Assembly: GCA_028023455.1 (NCBI GenBank)
Contig: JAQFVV010000005.1
Span: 16,120,001-16,184,000, forward strand
Direction of reading: 5' to 3'
Origin: Epiperipatus broadwayi
Taxonomy: Eukaryota > Animalia > Onychophora
Length of the DNA stretch: 64,000 bases
In this document: piece after piece, positions 40,954 through 55,445 of the stretch
Position numbering within the stretch: position 1 is the first letter of the stretch
How the letters are laid out: every line of letters begins with the position of its first letter
Position numbers and translations under genes: made by a program
The notes under the pieces: generated by a model
The model's input: only the letters and a program-made list of their open reading frames with translations
Databases searched by the model: none
What the model was told of the DNA's origin: nothing

Positions 40954-41699
40954 CCTAAGTGTTCAAAGCCCTCTATTTGCTATAGTAAACATTTAGTATA
41001 TTGAATAAATAGGTTAATTATATATATACACATCTGGTAATCATTAAGCCCTCAACCATACCAAAGATGGTGCTAGAGAAAAGAAATTATTCTTGTATAA
41101 GCTAAAAAATCAAGTAAATTACAATGATATACACATTCTGTGTCAGGCAAATTGTGCTTACAATTATATATAAACTAAAATTATTATATAATTACTGACC
41201 AGAAGTCCAATCTATATAGAACATACAAACAGAATGGTTCCACTCCAAAGCCTTACAAATTTTATAATTTCAGGTATTTATCTTAATAAAAGAAAAAAGT
41301 TAAAGTTGATTAACAGATGCATAATTATATTGTTGTCAGTAAATAGATCTCAAGTCATCATTAAATAAAAGCAAAAGTCAGAATCCGGTCTGATGATAGA
41401 GCTTTAAATGCATTTACATTGAACAATCAGATAGTTTGCAGTAGAAAAGATCTGCTCTTGGTTATATTATATATTTTTTTTCAAATAATTTTTGTTTTTT
41501 ACTAGTGTATACTTCATCCCATCTCTACCACATCACAACATTCACCATCACAGAAATCAGACCACATCTCACTATACATACATTTCACAAGCAACATTTG
41601 CTCTTCAGGTGAACTAGAGATATCAAATAAACCCCAACCATATATATATATATATATATATGGAGTGTCCTAGTAAAAAAAATGACTGGTTCTCTTTCC

Positions 41700-42480
41700 A
41701 AGATGTTTGCAGTGCCATCTTTAAATCAATGTATGTGTTACATAGTGACCTAGTTTAGCTATTGACCACAAAAATTTTAAGGCACTAACATGTCTAGATA
41801 ATGATTTATAAGATGAAATGCAACAATGCATTTCATTTTGCTTTTAATGCTTTAAACTACTTGAAATATTCTTGTGACTTACAATTACTTTGCCATACAC
41901 ATTTCAAATATTTCAATACCAATTATTCACAATTTTACAAAATAAGATACCCAAACCTCACTGCCTCTCAACAATCGCTAGGGCTAAATAACAAGTCACT
42001 GATACGTAAATCAAAGAACTGGTACATCGAGTCCAAATACATAGATTTTCTGATAAAATTAAATCTAGACTCCCTACCTACAAATCACTTTTTGGTCACA
42101 AGAAGAGGATTCTCCAAGCTCAATATGCTATGTCAGCTGTGCTCAACTGCAGACAAAACTATCACTCATCTTTTGTATTTCTGTACTTATTTAAGCTCAC
42201 TTAGATCCTACATCTCCAACTGGTGTCCTTTGACCACAGATACTCCCTCTGTATCGAAAATGCTATCAAGGCAGGAGTTTTTTCCACCATCAGAACGTCC
42301 ATATTCCTTACATTTGCACTCTGGCTCACCAGGTGTGAGCACATCTTCCGGTGCTCAGATAATAATGTTAAAGGCACCTATATCAAAATTTTGACAAACT
42401 TTCGTGACAGAGATCGACTTCTGGTACCCAATAGATTACACACTGAATCCTGGGCTGGTATCAACCTGTCCTAAGAAAAT
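41700..42480 (+). pseudogene. L1/Tx1-like non-LTR retrotransposon 3' remnant (zf-RVT)
   Basis: FLIKLNLDSLPTNHFL..R......CQLC...DKTITHLLYFC, followed after a frameshift by ALWLTRCEHIF. Confidence 0.8.
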
Positions 42481-42857
42481 GAAATACCCCTCAGCTTCAC
42501 TTGTATAAAGAGATAATAATGTCTAGCATCAGTATTTAAGTCAAAACTCAAGTTTATATACACACTTTTATTCATGTATCTTTTTAGCTAATAAATTTTA
42601 TTTATATATATAAAAAAAAATTATTCACAATTTAAACAAAATTTAATTTTAGCATCCTGTTCCATTATGGGTTAAGATACAAAACCTTTCATTGCATTTC
42701 AAGTTATAACTCATGATTCATATGCCAACATCTTAAAATTTTTTATGGTAAATAGCTAAACTATGTCACTTTAAAAGACAAGTATTAAGACTTAGAAACA
42801 GTATTGTAGACAGCTTGGAGAGAGGATTAGTCATCAGTTTCTTTTTCACTGAGGCAC

Positions 42858-42901
<44 letters not shown>

Positions 42902-44839
42902 AATGTAATAAAAAATGATGATGCTGGGGAGATGATCAATCTAATCAGAATAAAACATAGTCCAGTCATTGGTTGCCATTTTGTAATGGACTATTGATTA
43001 TAATATGGGATGATAATATAAAAACTTTACTATGTCTCAGAATTGAGACATTGTTCATAATAATATAGATCTAACCTAAAGTGGAACACCATTATATAAC
43101 AATCCTAAAGTTGATTTGGCATTTTGTAATAATTGCCACTTGTACACGATTATTAGATAGCTACTTTGTCACAATAATAATGGATTATCTCACTATCTTT
43201 CTGCATTTATTCAGTCAACATTTGTCATAAAGACATGCCCTTAACATTTACATTATTTATCAAAGAACAAAACATGCCTTAACAAATAGTAATTCTATTA
43301 GAACCTATGTAAAATTATCTATCACAGCTATCGATCAGACTAGGCAATAACAATATTTCTCACACACAATTATTTAGATTGACCACTACACTATCATAAA
43401 ATATTAATAATCTCTATTAAAATCTCATTTATCCAGATAGTATTTAAAACAAAATAAAGCAAATGAGATCATTGCCTCAGATATCAACAAATCTATTCAC
43501 AATCCCACAGTAAACTGTAATAAGCAGTGAAATTGTGTATCATTGCCCTAAACAATGTTGTATGTTTAAGATATCTATTTAGTCAATAATTGAATGAAAC
43601 TCAATTTGAATCAATAACTAATTAAATTCTGACATACTTTATGGATTTAATATTACTTATAATAATTCAAATTTATTTTAATATTTAATGATATTCTATT
43701 TAAATCGACTAGTTTCTAAATAATTATAATTACATTTTGGAAAATAAAATAACTTTTACTCAGTTTTGTGTCTATTTTAATAAAAAGTTAAATATAATAT
43801 AAATGTTTCATTGTACTCTACAGTAGATCGATAGACAATTATTGCTTCAGTTACATTCTAAAATGAAATACTTCACAAGAATTTATTATCAATAACTTTC
43901 ATTAGATAATTCCACATTTTACACTACCCAATCACATTATATAAAATATACCCTAGATTTCTATTGGACATTTACTGACCTATAATCACTGATATTATTC
44001 ATGTACTTAAATCTCCAATCAATCGATTATAAAATGGACTTTTATATGACAATAATTGGCAATTATTCAAGCCAAAGATAATATTCGGTTATGCTAGTTA
44101 ATGAAATTTATGATTTCCACTCCAAAGAAATTTAAAAATTAAGATAAGTCATTCTGACTAATGACAGAATACAATCTATTAAATTTTTCATAACTGAACA
44201 AGATAAGCAAATAGATCATCAACTCTGAGCTAATGAAATTATTTCTATTAGTAATATTGATTTAAATAAGTAAACAAATATTTAAGTGCAGTACCAAATA
44301 ACAAATTTTACACCTAATCAGATTTAATAATGATTTATTAAACATACATATATCTAATTCTATTTCACTTATCAAGAAGAGTTTCATCTTGGACCAAATT
44401 TTAAGTACCAAAATTATCTCATACATTCAAAAAAAAGAATTAAACAGATTCGTCAGATTTTAAATCAACTCTAAATTTATTGGTTAATAATAAAAATTGA
44501 TAACAGTAATAATAAAAATATAACAGAACATCAATCAATGTTTACAATAGACCAAAATCAATAAAAATAATAAAATCTATGCATGTGGAACTCCAAAAAA
44601 GTGCTGCAAGGCAATAATATGATCTATAAAAATGGAAGGAGAGACTTTTAATATCTTCCTGAGATTTTAAATATGATAGATAATAAAAAAATAAAGTAAT
44701 CTCAAAATAATTAAATAAACAAAAAATATTATATTTAAACCCTTTTCTATCTGATATTCTCAAGTTAAATTTTGAACATACAAAAAATTAAATATTTAAA
44801 AACATCACACGATCACCATCTCTTATACTAGCACATAAT

Positions 44840-44904
44840 GGCATCCATTGATTACTCTAGTTGGCACAGAGTGGCACTACTGTATGGAGAGTTTTGCCTT
44901 GTTT
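44840..44904 (+). mobile_element. Family A 3' fragment
   Basis: GGCATCCATTGATTACTCTAG...GTATGGAGAGTTTTGCC. Confidence 0.8.
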
Positions 44905-45049
44905 ATTTAAAAACATCAGGTCATATTAGCTTATATCATCAGATAACAGCTGAAATAATAACTAAATGAATCTCTCTGACCCTTTGATAGTGTGAATTGT
45001 ATCATACCCATAAATACTATTTACCTATGTTTTTACAGTAAAATGTAAA

Positions 45050-45560
45050 TATTCCCTTTCCTTTAACAAAAAATATATGCATAGAAACCATACCATGTAA
45101 GTGAAAGTCTTTGCACTCACTATCCACTGATCCATTGTAGTTTCCAGTTCTTTATTTCCAATCCTAGTGTGTAGAGATGATTTTCTTTTGAGTAAAGAAG
45201 ATAAGAATGTGTGGTAACTAATGCAGATTTGAATTTAATTCCATTCATATTTAATTTCCAATCTTTTCTTTTAAGTATATAAATATCCAGTTTTCAAAAA
45301 CAACAGATGTAAGATTACACATCACTGGCTTTAATTTTCTTTTTTCAATGGCAATAATGTGTGAAGAGAATTCCTTTGATGATACAATCCAGTTATAATT
45401 AAGTGAAGAATCAATCCTAGCTTTTTCTTCTTTTTTTTGACTTACAAAAGTGAAATTTAAATCACTTATTATCACACATAAGTTGAATTAATCAATCCTA
45501 TATAATTCCTTGATCTAAAATACCATATTCATAGAAAAATGAGGTTTATATCCATCACAA
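45050..45560 (-). pseudogene. Possible RTE-like RT remnant
   Basis: ISDLNF (resembling ISDL.FADD) and IGNKELE...KTFTYMG (resembling LE.V..F.YLG). Very decayed. Confidence 0.35.
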
Positions 45561-47479
45561 ATAAATGAATTTTAATTCTGGATTTTTTAAACCAGGGAAT
45601 ATATTTATACAGATGACCTGCAATACAATGCATTTTGATGGGTTTTTCTTTCTTCCACATTTTTGTCTTTTCCCCTAGAATTTCATCAGCTAGCTGCCCC
45701 ATTGAATGGGCAGATAGTTAAAAAATTTATTCTTCCATAGTTTTATCAATTAACCACTTAAACAATAAAATTTACTAAATTTTTAAAGACAGAGAAAAAC
45801 ATATCTGTTTTATGCAACTACAAAATGATAAGTACTCAAATTACAGCCTCTCTGTTCTATTTATAATATACCCTTGATGATGTTACTGTTGTCACAACAA
45901 CTTTTGGAAATCACTCAAATTATAGTCGATGATGAAGAATTTGCACAAGAAAATGTTGCCTCCAAAGTAAGTAAAATAGAGATTATAAAAGAATTGAATA
46001 CAGTGAAAATGAAATCCTGTTTTGCAAGTTCAATATGATTTTTCATTTTTAAACCAAAATAAAGAATTTCTATTATAATTCTAATACATTTTAATCGATA
46101 TAAATATTTTTACACATGTTTTTTAATAATAATTTCCCCCCAAATTAATTTATAAACAAATAAATGTGAAACATAGAACATTGTGTAATAGGTGTTGCTA
46201 TGGTGATTGTAATAAGAGAAATTGAAATGTGCATGCAGTACTTAATAATAATGTTGATTTTATTCAAGTAATCTTTTATGATACACTTAATTATTTCCAA
46301 AATCTATTTTCTTATTTACCCATTTATATTTTTTTTTTGAGATTGATCACAACAGATTTAGGATTTTGAAGCTATAATTAGCAGTAAACAATATTATTTT
46401 AAAGCATTAGGTTGCCAAGATCATCATTACCCATAGATCAAGTAAAAAGAAAACTAAAAAAGGTCAACAAACTTCTTTATTATTATTTTAATACTTTGAC
46501 CCACAGTTAATCTGAATAATTAGAGGGGGGAGGATAATGATCTGGACAAACTGGTGAATGCTGATTCAACATGAAATTCATGTGTTGGAGATAATTGATG
46601 AATTTCAAATGTGCATGTGTTCATGTGAATATATATATTCAAGCCTAAAATTAAAATCACTCGTAGTGATATTTGCATTTATATCCTCTTAAAAGGGAAA
46701 TTTGTCTACTGCTTTTCTCTCTTGTGCATTTTGAAAACAACTAGTATATTTTACGAATTGATAAATGATAATAATCCTACAAAGCAGCTCCTATTTCCAT
46801 GTGATTACAGTCAAAGATATAATGCAAGTGCAGATTTTTGTAGGATTATGTCATGCACTCAGAAGTTTTATCTGTTTCAAAATATGCAGTGGAGAGATGC
46901 CACAGGTCAATGTCTCTTTAAATGCAAATAAGAATACTAATCAAAATAATTCTTTCATATACTCATAGTTTCCATTGACAATTATGCACAGATTTTTTTG
47001 TTATAAATAAATGCATACAAACACATACTAGCCCCCATCTACTCAATGAATATAAACACATTGAACATATCCAAAGTGATTCTTACCTTTTAAAGTTCTT
47101 TATTACATGGAAGCGTAAAAAGTGAATGTATCTTTTTATTAAAACTCTAACTATGACTATCTTGGGTAACTCACTCAGCAACCTATCACTAACATGCTTT
47201 ATCAAATAATGGACATGTTTAAATTTTTTTATCACAAAATGCTGCAGTTAGTTTTGTTCAAGATGAACATGAATTACACATAAGTCACCACTCTAACTAT
47301 CTAACCTATTAAACAATATTCCCAATTAGCTTCAAATAGAAGATTTCAATATACTAAAATTTATAAGTGTGATTATGTTTAAATGAGGGATTTACTGGTA
47401 ATAGTATCTATATTCAGATCTCTTTAAAGGTAAATTTAAATATATAATTTGTTACAGAAAAATTATTACACAATAAAGT

Positions 47480-47850
47480 TCTACATTATACAGAGACTTG
47501 AAACAATTCAAAGAAATATGGAGTGATATATGTTGGGAGTAACAATAAGGGATTAAAAGCAAAATAGTTAGATGAGAGAATAAATGGATTGAATTGGCAT
47601 CATTGAAAGAATTAAGAGACTGAAATCAAACTGAACTGGACATATTGCTAGAATATATTTTACTATATGGACAATTGAAATTTTGAACTGGATTCCAAAA
47701 GATTGTGAAAGATCTAAAAATAAAGTACATGTGATATAGGTAGATAAAATAGGATATTTACTGGCGTAATGTGGAGAAGTTATGAATTATAGAAAGGATA
47801 TAAATTTTATGAGAACATCCTATGGTAGATTGATAAGGATTAAAATGACA
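47480..47850 (+). pseudogene. RTE LINE C-terminal remnant
   Basis: QR.ME..MLGVT, TGHIAR...WT..ILNWIPK...R pattern. Confidence 0.65.
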
Positions 47851-48300
47851 AAGAATGTTTTGCATCATTCAATAACTGAAGTTTTCAAAGGTATTCTAAA
47901 TCTAAAGATTCATCTATACTTATCATAAAGCAAATAATGACTACACCAGAAATATTTTTTCTAGGCCTTTGATCCATCTAAAAAAAATTACATTTATAAA
48001 TGTGCCCTTCAATTCAATATCTTTTATGGAATTGAGAAATTCATGATATATGTGAGATCCAAGTGGACTATGAGAAAATAATATTAAAATTAGAATGTTT
48101 TTGATCTAGAATGCATAAACTAAATCAGTTTTACTTTTTGATTTGTTCTTGAATTTACATGGAAAGAATTACATCCATGTGATGGATAGTTAATGTTGAC
48201 AAAAAAACAAACAAAAGTGGCATTCAGTTACAACAAATATTACAATCCTATGTAGAAATGCAAATATCCTTTTATCTTATAAACATCATATGACCACCAG

Positions 48301-48336
48301 TAGCAATACTGTATGGAGAGTTTTGCCTGTTTTAAT
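48301..48336 (+). mobile_element. Family A 3' tip
   Basis: ACTGTATGGAGAGTTTTGCCTGTTTTAAT. Confidence 0.7.
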
Positions 48337-49315
48337 CCTTTTATCCTACTTAGTTATGGACTTTTATTCAAGATTTTCCATAGTAATCATTGTCAATTTG
48401 TGCCTCCTACTTTGATTTACAATAGAATGATCACTCCAATGATCTTTAAAAATATATTGAAACTTAAAGACAACTGGAAATTTTTCAAAATAGAGGCCAT
48501 TTTGTAAGATTGATAACATCATAGGATAGTGATTTTATTAATATAACATCATCTGAAGATAAAATGGTAATATTCATGCCAAAATTATACAGTAGAGAGT
48601 TAACTCATTATATAATACACAATATTATATTTTGATTACAGAATTTAAATATGGTTAATGTATTTTATTTAATTTTCATACAGTCTCTTTGCAAGACAAT
48701 CAGTTCTTTCATTAATGCTATATCCAACGCAAAGAAGATTTTCATTGTTAATGATTATAAAGCAAAATAAAATGCTATTTAATAATTAAAAGCATTCTTT
48801 GTCACATACAATAACAAAGTATATTAATAGTAAATTTTAACATGTATGCATTAGATTAAATATATTCACTCAATCAATTTTATGAATTAAAATTCTTGTG
48901 AACTTTACTTTGACTGCATCAAATAATATGATCATCATAATCATAAAATTTGGTCTTTATAATTGTGAATAATTTAGAAAAAAAGATGTAGTGTATTATT
49001 CAATTAATAATTTACTTTATATAATCAAAGGTAAAAATATTATTCATGTGCTCAATTTTAAATCAATATTTTTGTAATTGGTTTTGTTATATATTCAAGA
49101 TTGGGGGGGAAAGATTTATTTATTTATATTATTAAAATACAGTCAAACAATTGCACATTAATTAAAAATTTCAAGTCCATTTAGGTAAAATAAATAGATT
49201 TGCGAACTACTGCTTTAAAATCAATTAAAAGAACTGGAAAATAAATTAGTTTTATTGATTAGTAATTTAATACACTGTACAGGATTACACACACCTGCAC
49301 ATATAATGTAATATA

Positions 49316-49470
49316 TAAGGGATTCAAACTCAGACTTTCACATGATCCTCAACTCTCCATGCCATCTCACATTGCTGACCCACCTGATCACACACATGTT
49401 GAAAAGATAAATAATGACCAATATATGTATTTCATGCTAAACCAGCAATCATCAGTTGGTCCAGATTACT
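49316..49470 (-). mobile_element. Family E copy attached to its upstream hammerhead
   Basis: 49316-49410 matches 61832-61993 and 40739-40953. Hammerhead at 49416-49461. Confidence 0.8.
49416..49461 (-). ncRNA. Type I hammerhead ribozyme (family E)
   Basis: GACCAA CTGATGA T-TGCTG-GTT-TAGCA-T GAAA TACATA TA TTGGTC. 6-bp stem I, 4-5-bp stem II, 3-bp stem III, AUA cleavage triplet. Confidence 0.75.
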
Positions 49471-51519
49471 ATCTCCACACATATATACAGTCAGTGCTCA
49501 GCTTTACATTAAGATAATCAATCTTCATACTTTAATGGACAGACTTCAAACTACTCCAACACACAACTCTTCAGCCATCCATTTAATTGAAAATCTGATG
49601 ATGGAACATTCAAAGCCCACATTAGTGCCAAGGTTGTCATCCTACCCATTTTATTGATTAGATATTATAACATTTAAAACTTTGATAATAGAACATAAAA
49701 TGCATAAAAATTATTTTTAAATTGTACATTACAGTTAGTTAACTTCATGCTTTATTGTAATTTAATGAATTGTGATTCAGCAAATATCAATATCTGGCTA
49801 TGTAAGAAGCAAAATGGTGGACCACCAGTAGAAAATTATATATATATATTAAAAATATACAGCTACTGAAATGTTTTAATGCAGCATACTTACCAAAAGG
49901 TTAGTACTTTCTTTAATAATATGCTTAATAAAATGTTTTTCATTAATTAACACTTTTTTCAATTCAAAATATAAAAAAACTAATTAAAAAAATAATTAGT
50001 ATTTTTTTATATTTTGTATTTAAAGTAGCCAATTATTTTCTCCCTATAAAAACTCATTATAATTGCTTATTTTTTATGTGAGATTTTGATTTATGAGGCA
50101 TTTTTCAGGAACCAATTGAGCCCACTGGATGTTTAAGTAAATTAGTACAAGAACAAAATATTTTGTATGCTCTAGTTGCAATAGCAAAGAAGCAGATTCG
50201 GAATCAAAGTTCCAGGCTTGATTTTCAGCTAAGTAAATGAAATAAAAAAAACTGTTAATTCTCAGTCTGACACTACAGTGTTGGAATGTCACATATCCTC
50301 TTAAGCATATAACCTTGTGATTATTTAACGTGTAATATATGACCAAATGTGATAACCCTTTATCACATACTTCTCAAACTTAAAATCATACTTGTCAATA
50401 AATCCTCAAGTAAAAAACTCTTAAAAACTTTTAGAGTGCCACCTGATAATATCCCAATGGAATGTACAAAGTTGTTTCTTTATATACAACAACTTAATAT
50501 CAACAAGATTTCGCAGCATGAAATAATCATAGCAACATCTTAAATATTTATGCTTATAATAATTAGTCTAAGGCAGAGTTGAAAACAACTACCAAATTAT
50601 TGCTTTATTAAATATTAATCAATGTTAATTAATAATATGTTATGAACTAGTTAAACTAGTGATAAGATATAATCAAAATTATTTCTCAGTTGATCATACT
50701 GGAGAAGCCAAGTGGTTAGTATATAGGGTGATGTCAAAATTTGTAAAAATTGTTACAATCAAATTTAATGGTTACTATGATTTAAACTTTGTTTGAAGAG
50801 TGATTTGATTAGATGTAATAACTGTATGATTAATTGCTTGAGAGGTCACATGACACTGAATACAAAGTAACAGATTTAACAGTTTCATTAAGTTAAAACG
50901 AAATTAGTTTTTTTAAATATCACTTCGCTGACAATACATCCTGGAGCCTTTAGTTTCAAGACTATAACTACTGTTGCGCCAATATCGACATTAATTTACA
51001 TATTATTATGGAATGTCTGTGTGCATAAAACATATGCGTTGGTAAAGATCCTATTTTTGTAAATATGTAGAGATTATTTTACTTATCAAACATTTTCTTT
51101 TTAAAAACTACTCTAGAAAATCTACAAAGAGATCACCACTATAGCAAATTGAATTGAAACAAATATATATGCAAATAAAGACATTTAGATACAAATTAGA
51201 AGAGTAAATAAATAATCCCTACATAGTCGAAGTGGAGAGAAAGAAGATTTGTTATCAGATACTTACTGAAGAAAAGGTAATTAACTGAAGTTAAACAAAC
51301 CAAAAGTGAAAAATAATAATAGAATTAAGGTTAAATAAATGTGTAAATTGTACAATTTCAAAAAAGCATTCAATTGCAAACTTTAAAATTTGTTTGTATA
51401 TGGAAACAGTATATTGTCTGTTAAAAACATTTAAATTGCTGAACGATAGTTATTCTTAAAATAACTATATGTAGTGGCATAATATACTTATGTGTATGTG
51501 CAAGAGACTTTTATATTTT

Positions 51520-52495
51520 ATATATAGAGCTCGCAAACAAACTCTTAACAAGATTTATAGAATACCCCCAACCTCAGACCATTTTCTGCTACTGGCATCC
51601 TCAGCGAGGCACTAGGATATTCAATCATTAGATTAAAAATGCTAGGGCAAGCCCATAACTTTATCTAATGTACAACTATTAAGTATAATTCTGAAATTTT
51701 CAGACATCCATATGTCTTCCAATCCAGCTAACTTAAATAGCTATATGGGACTAAACTATGTTCAGACCCACCATATATTAATAGCTTCAGCAATATAAAA
51801 TTGCCAAAACCATCATAGCAAAAAATAAAATTACAAAAAAAAAATCAAGTCAGATGTCACATGACTTAATTTAATAAACTTGTGTTTACAAATGTTATAT
51901 ATAGAGTTCACAAAACAAACTCTTAACAAGCTTTGTAGAATACTCCCACATTAGATAAAGTGCTGGTCTTGTCCTAGTATTTTTAATCTAGTGATTGAAT
52001 ATACTAGCAGATCACTGAGATTGCCAGTAGCAGAAACTGGTCTGAGGTTGGGGGTATTCTACAAAGGTTGTTAAAAGTTTGTTTTGCGAGCTCTATATAT
52101 AACATTTGTAAACACAAGTTTATTAAATTAAGTCATGTGACATCTGACTTGATTTTTTTGTAATTTTATTTTTTGTTATGATGGCTTTGGTGATTTTATA
52201 TTGCTAAAGCTATTAATATATGATATATCTGAACTTAGTTCAATCCCATATAGCTATTTAAGTTTTGATAGCTGGATTGGAAAACATATGGATGTCTGAA
52301 AATTTCAGAATTTCTACTTAATAGTTATACATTAGATAAAGTGCTGGGCTTATCCTAGTATTTTTAATCTAATGATTGAATATCTTAGCGCCTCGCTGAG
52401 GATGCCAATTTGTTTTGTGAGCTCTATATATAACATTTGTAAATACAAGCTTAATAAATTAAGTCTGTGACATCTGACTTGATTTTTTTTGTAAG
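51520..52495. mobile_element. Family B tandem plus inverted structure, unit about 375-381 bp
   Basis: TATAGAG.TC.CAAA.CAAACTCTTAACAAG at about 51523 and 51899; CATTAGATAAAGTGCTGG at 51949 and 52330. Hammerheads at 51572-51609 (-; CCTCG CTGAGGA TGC-CAGTA-GCA GAAA ATG GTC TGAGG), 52011-52047 (+, degenerate) and 52391-52407 (+, truncated). Confidence 0.9.
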
Positions 52496-53149
52496 AGACT
52501 TTTAAATTTGAAAACACATGTGGAGTTGCTTGAATATTTGAGTGAATAATTTCCATTGCCACTCAAAGGTAAATTATAGCTTATTTGAATTTATGAACTA
52601 TCTCATTATTAATGCTTTTTAAGTCATTATTATTGGTTAATTAATATTGTTATATACACATTTCTGTGCATGTAATTATCTATTTTATCACTGCCTGACT
52701 GATATTAAATACCCTCAGTATGTAGTATAATAGCACAAGTTGACAGTTGAAAGAACATACTCAGGGGACCTGATGTTCATAGCAGAATAATGCAAATCAA
52801 GACTCATTATCAATTTGTAAAGAAACAATTGTATAATGGCTACACTTGACTATTTATGAGGTTCTTGTGTATAAACAAAAAATGGCCATATTTAATACCA
52901 TTATTCAAAAATTTGAAGTTCACAATGCACTAAGTTTTAGATTATAAAGAAGAAAGAAACCACTTCACAGACATGCAAAACATATGCAAATGTGAATTCC
53001 AAATACAAATGAAGGGAAAAATCAATATTATGTTATAAAGTAGAAGACAAATGCCTGAAAAGGTCTATGTTTCTTTATTTTGCAGATCAGGATCTGATAT
53101 AGTTGGCAAATAGGATAACTGATCTCAAATGAATGGTAGAATGGTGTAT

Positions 53150-54870
53150 AAAAAGTTATTGAAAACTTAAATGGCTATTTTTATCTGAGAATATCAAAAT
53201 GAGTAGCATGACTAAGATTGCAAAATAGGAAGCAGTTACCCCCATGAAAAATACATGGACTATGAATGAATTTTAAGAAAGTTAGCTAAAGTATATGAGT
53301 TTGGCCCTGAAATTAATCACATATTATTAGAACAATTCTTCAACCAGTGTTGTTGAATGACCCTGATCTAAATTATAAATGGCTCATGGTGAAATAGTGC
53401 ATCAGCATTTATATTACCACAACAGTTAGAGAAAATTTCACTGACAATACAAAAAGCAATAAAAAATATTCCAAAGTCCAGTAGAGGAGAACATGATGAA
53501 AATATGTTATTGCTATGATAAAGCTGAACATTTGGGGAATAACTGGAAACATAAAAATTAAATGTGCAGAAATTTAAAAAAAAAGGGGAGGGGGCTTTAG
53601 CAGCTGTCTATTGTTTTAAGGAATGCAGAGCTTTTAATAAGCAAAGATCAAAATACAAATCTGGGGGAGGGATAGTTTATAAGAGTGTTAAAGTAAAAAG
53701 ACTTAATTACATTAAAGACTACATACATATTACTGGATGTGGACATTCACCATCAAATAATAATGATGGAAGTGAACAGCAGAGCTGGTTTGTCATTGAT
53801 ATCTAATAGAAATTGGGTTAAAAATAATGAAAAGTATAATAAGAACTCTACACTTCAAAATGTGAATAAGATTGCTACAAACATTAATGGAAACAAAATA
53901 AATATACACAGAAAAGTTGTAGTATCAGTAAAGTTAAATTCAAGAGTGGAATTTCTTATACTATATGTAATAAATAGAGATTTGTCAGTTTCAATCTTTG
54001 AGTATGATAAAGACATTTCAAGTCAAAACTGTAATGCGAAAGAGATGGCCAGGATTGTTCAAGTCCAGATCAGCAGAGCAGAGAACATGACTGGTGGATG
54101 TAGAATTTATCAAGGACACACAATCAATCATTTGTAAGTCTTTCAAAGTGTCATTTGCTTTGAAAGAAAAATCTAGATAAGATGGTTTTTAAAGAAATCT
54201 TAACTCCAACTAAGATTCATTATGGGCCGTGCTTGTGGTTACGATAATGAAGCCAGATTAAAATCTGAGATTGTGCAGTGATTATATTTATATTAAACAA
54301 ATAAAATATATTAATAAAGGTTTATACCTGATTCCAATCATATGTGAAATGCTAGCATTATTACAAAAAAGTACTTATTTCATGAAGATAGATTTAAAGA
54401 CTGCATTTCATAAAATCCCAGTAACTAAAAAAACAACAGAAATGTTAACACATACTCATAAGGGGCTATATAAGTATGACTAATTGCCTTAGAGTATCAC
54501 AGTAGTGTCAAACATTCAAGCAAAAATGGACCTGCTTTTCAGATATATGGACAGTGTGATTCTTTATTTAGATGTCATTTTGGTTACCATTAAGATTGAG
54601 ACATAATTAGAAAAGCAGTAGATGCAGTCTAATCAAAGTTAGAAAAAGTATGGGGTAAAATAAGTATTAATAAATGTACTTCATCTACTAAAAAATAAGG
54701 TTTCTCACACACATAATAAATGCAAATGGAAGATATCCTAATCCATACAAAATAAGAGCATTCAAAAATGCCAAGAAGCCTAGAAATATAAAAACAACTT
54801 CAGGCATTTCTCGGACTTTATAATTTTTATGAAAGTTTTCTTAAACATCTGATAAATTGTTGGTTCATTA
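53150..54870 (+). pseudogene. Ty3/gypsy LTR retrotransposon relic (gag, zinc knuckle, protease, RT)
   Basis: LRKLAKVYEFG...LLEQF, CYCYDKAEHLGNNW, MEVNSRAGLSLIS (decayed D[ST]G protease motif), LRLCSDY, KIDLKTAFHKIP...THKGLYKY, YLD and KQLQAFLGLYNFY. Confidence 0.85.
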
Positions 54871-55354
54871 TGATAGTTCTTTAAGATGTTACAATAATAA
54901 CTAATGCCAGTATTCTAGGTCTCAATACTTGGTTTGATATATAAAATTCCCTATGTACTATTGGGAAACATATTTTCTTGTGCTAATAGTTCATTTAATG
55001 TCTCTGACTTTCCAAAATATTTAAAATGAGATTAAAATCTAGAGCTTAGAAATCCTAAAGAGTTAAACACATTTCTGTATTGATCATTCTATAGAAAATA
55101 CATTATTAATGATCACTGCTACATTTGGGATCAGTATTGTATAGAAAACTTCACCCATTTCATGTATTCTAATAAAGGATTATACACACACACATACACC
55201 TATATATATATTAAACCAAAATAGATCGTGATTCAGCTTACTTTATGTTTTAACAGCAGTAAATTCTATTTATTTTAGTTCAGTGCTATCACTGTAACAT
55301 GATTGTTATCAGTAGATATTAATGTTCATTAAATCCATATATAGTGTTACTTTA

Positions 55355-55445
55355 TCCAGACTCCCAGACTAGTTTCTAGCATATGGTCTTAATCAGTGTG
55401 AAATTTGGACCTGAATCTAATGCACTTGAATATTTTGGATCTAAT
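55355..55445 (-). mobile_element. Diverged family A fragment with degenerate hammerhead
   Basis: Minus strand TCACA CTGATTA AGACCATATGCTA GAAA CTA GTC TGGGA at 55362-55401. Confidence 0.65.

Noticed and set aside
43000-44500. Possible decayed LTR-retrotransposon coding region
   Set aside because: Only vague motif resemblances; no diagnostic run of residues could be read.
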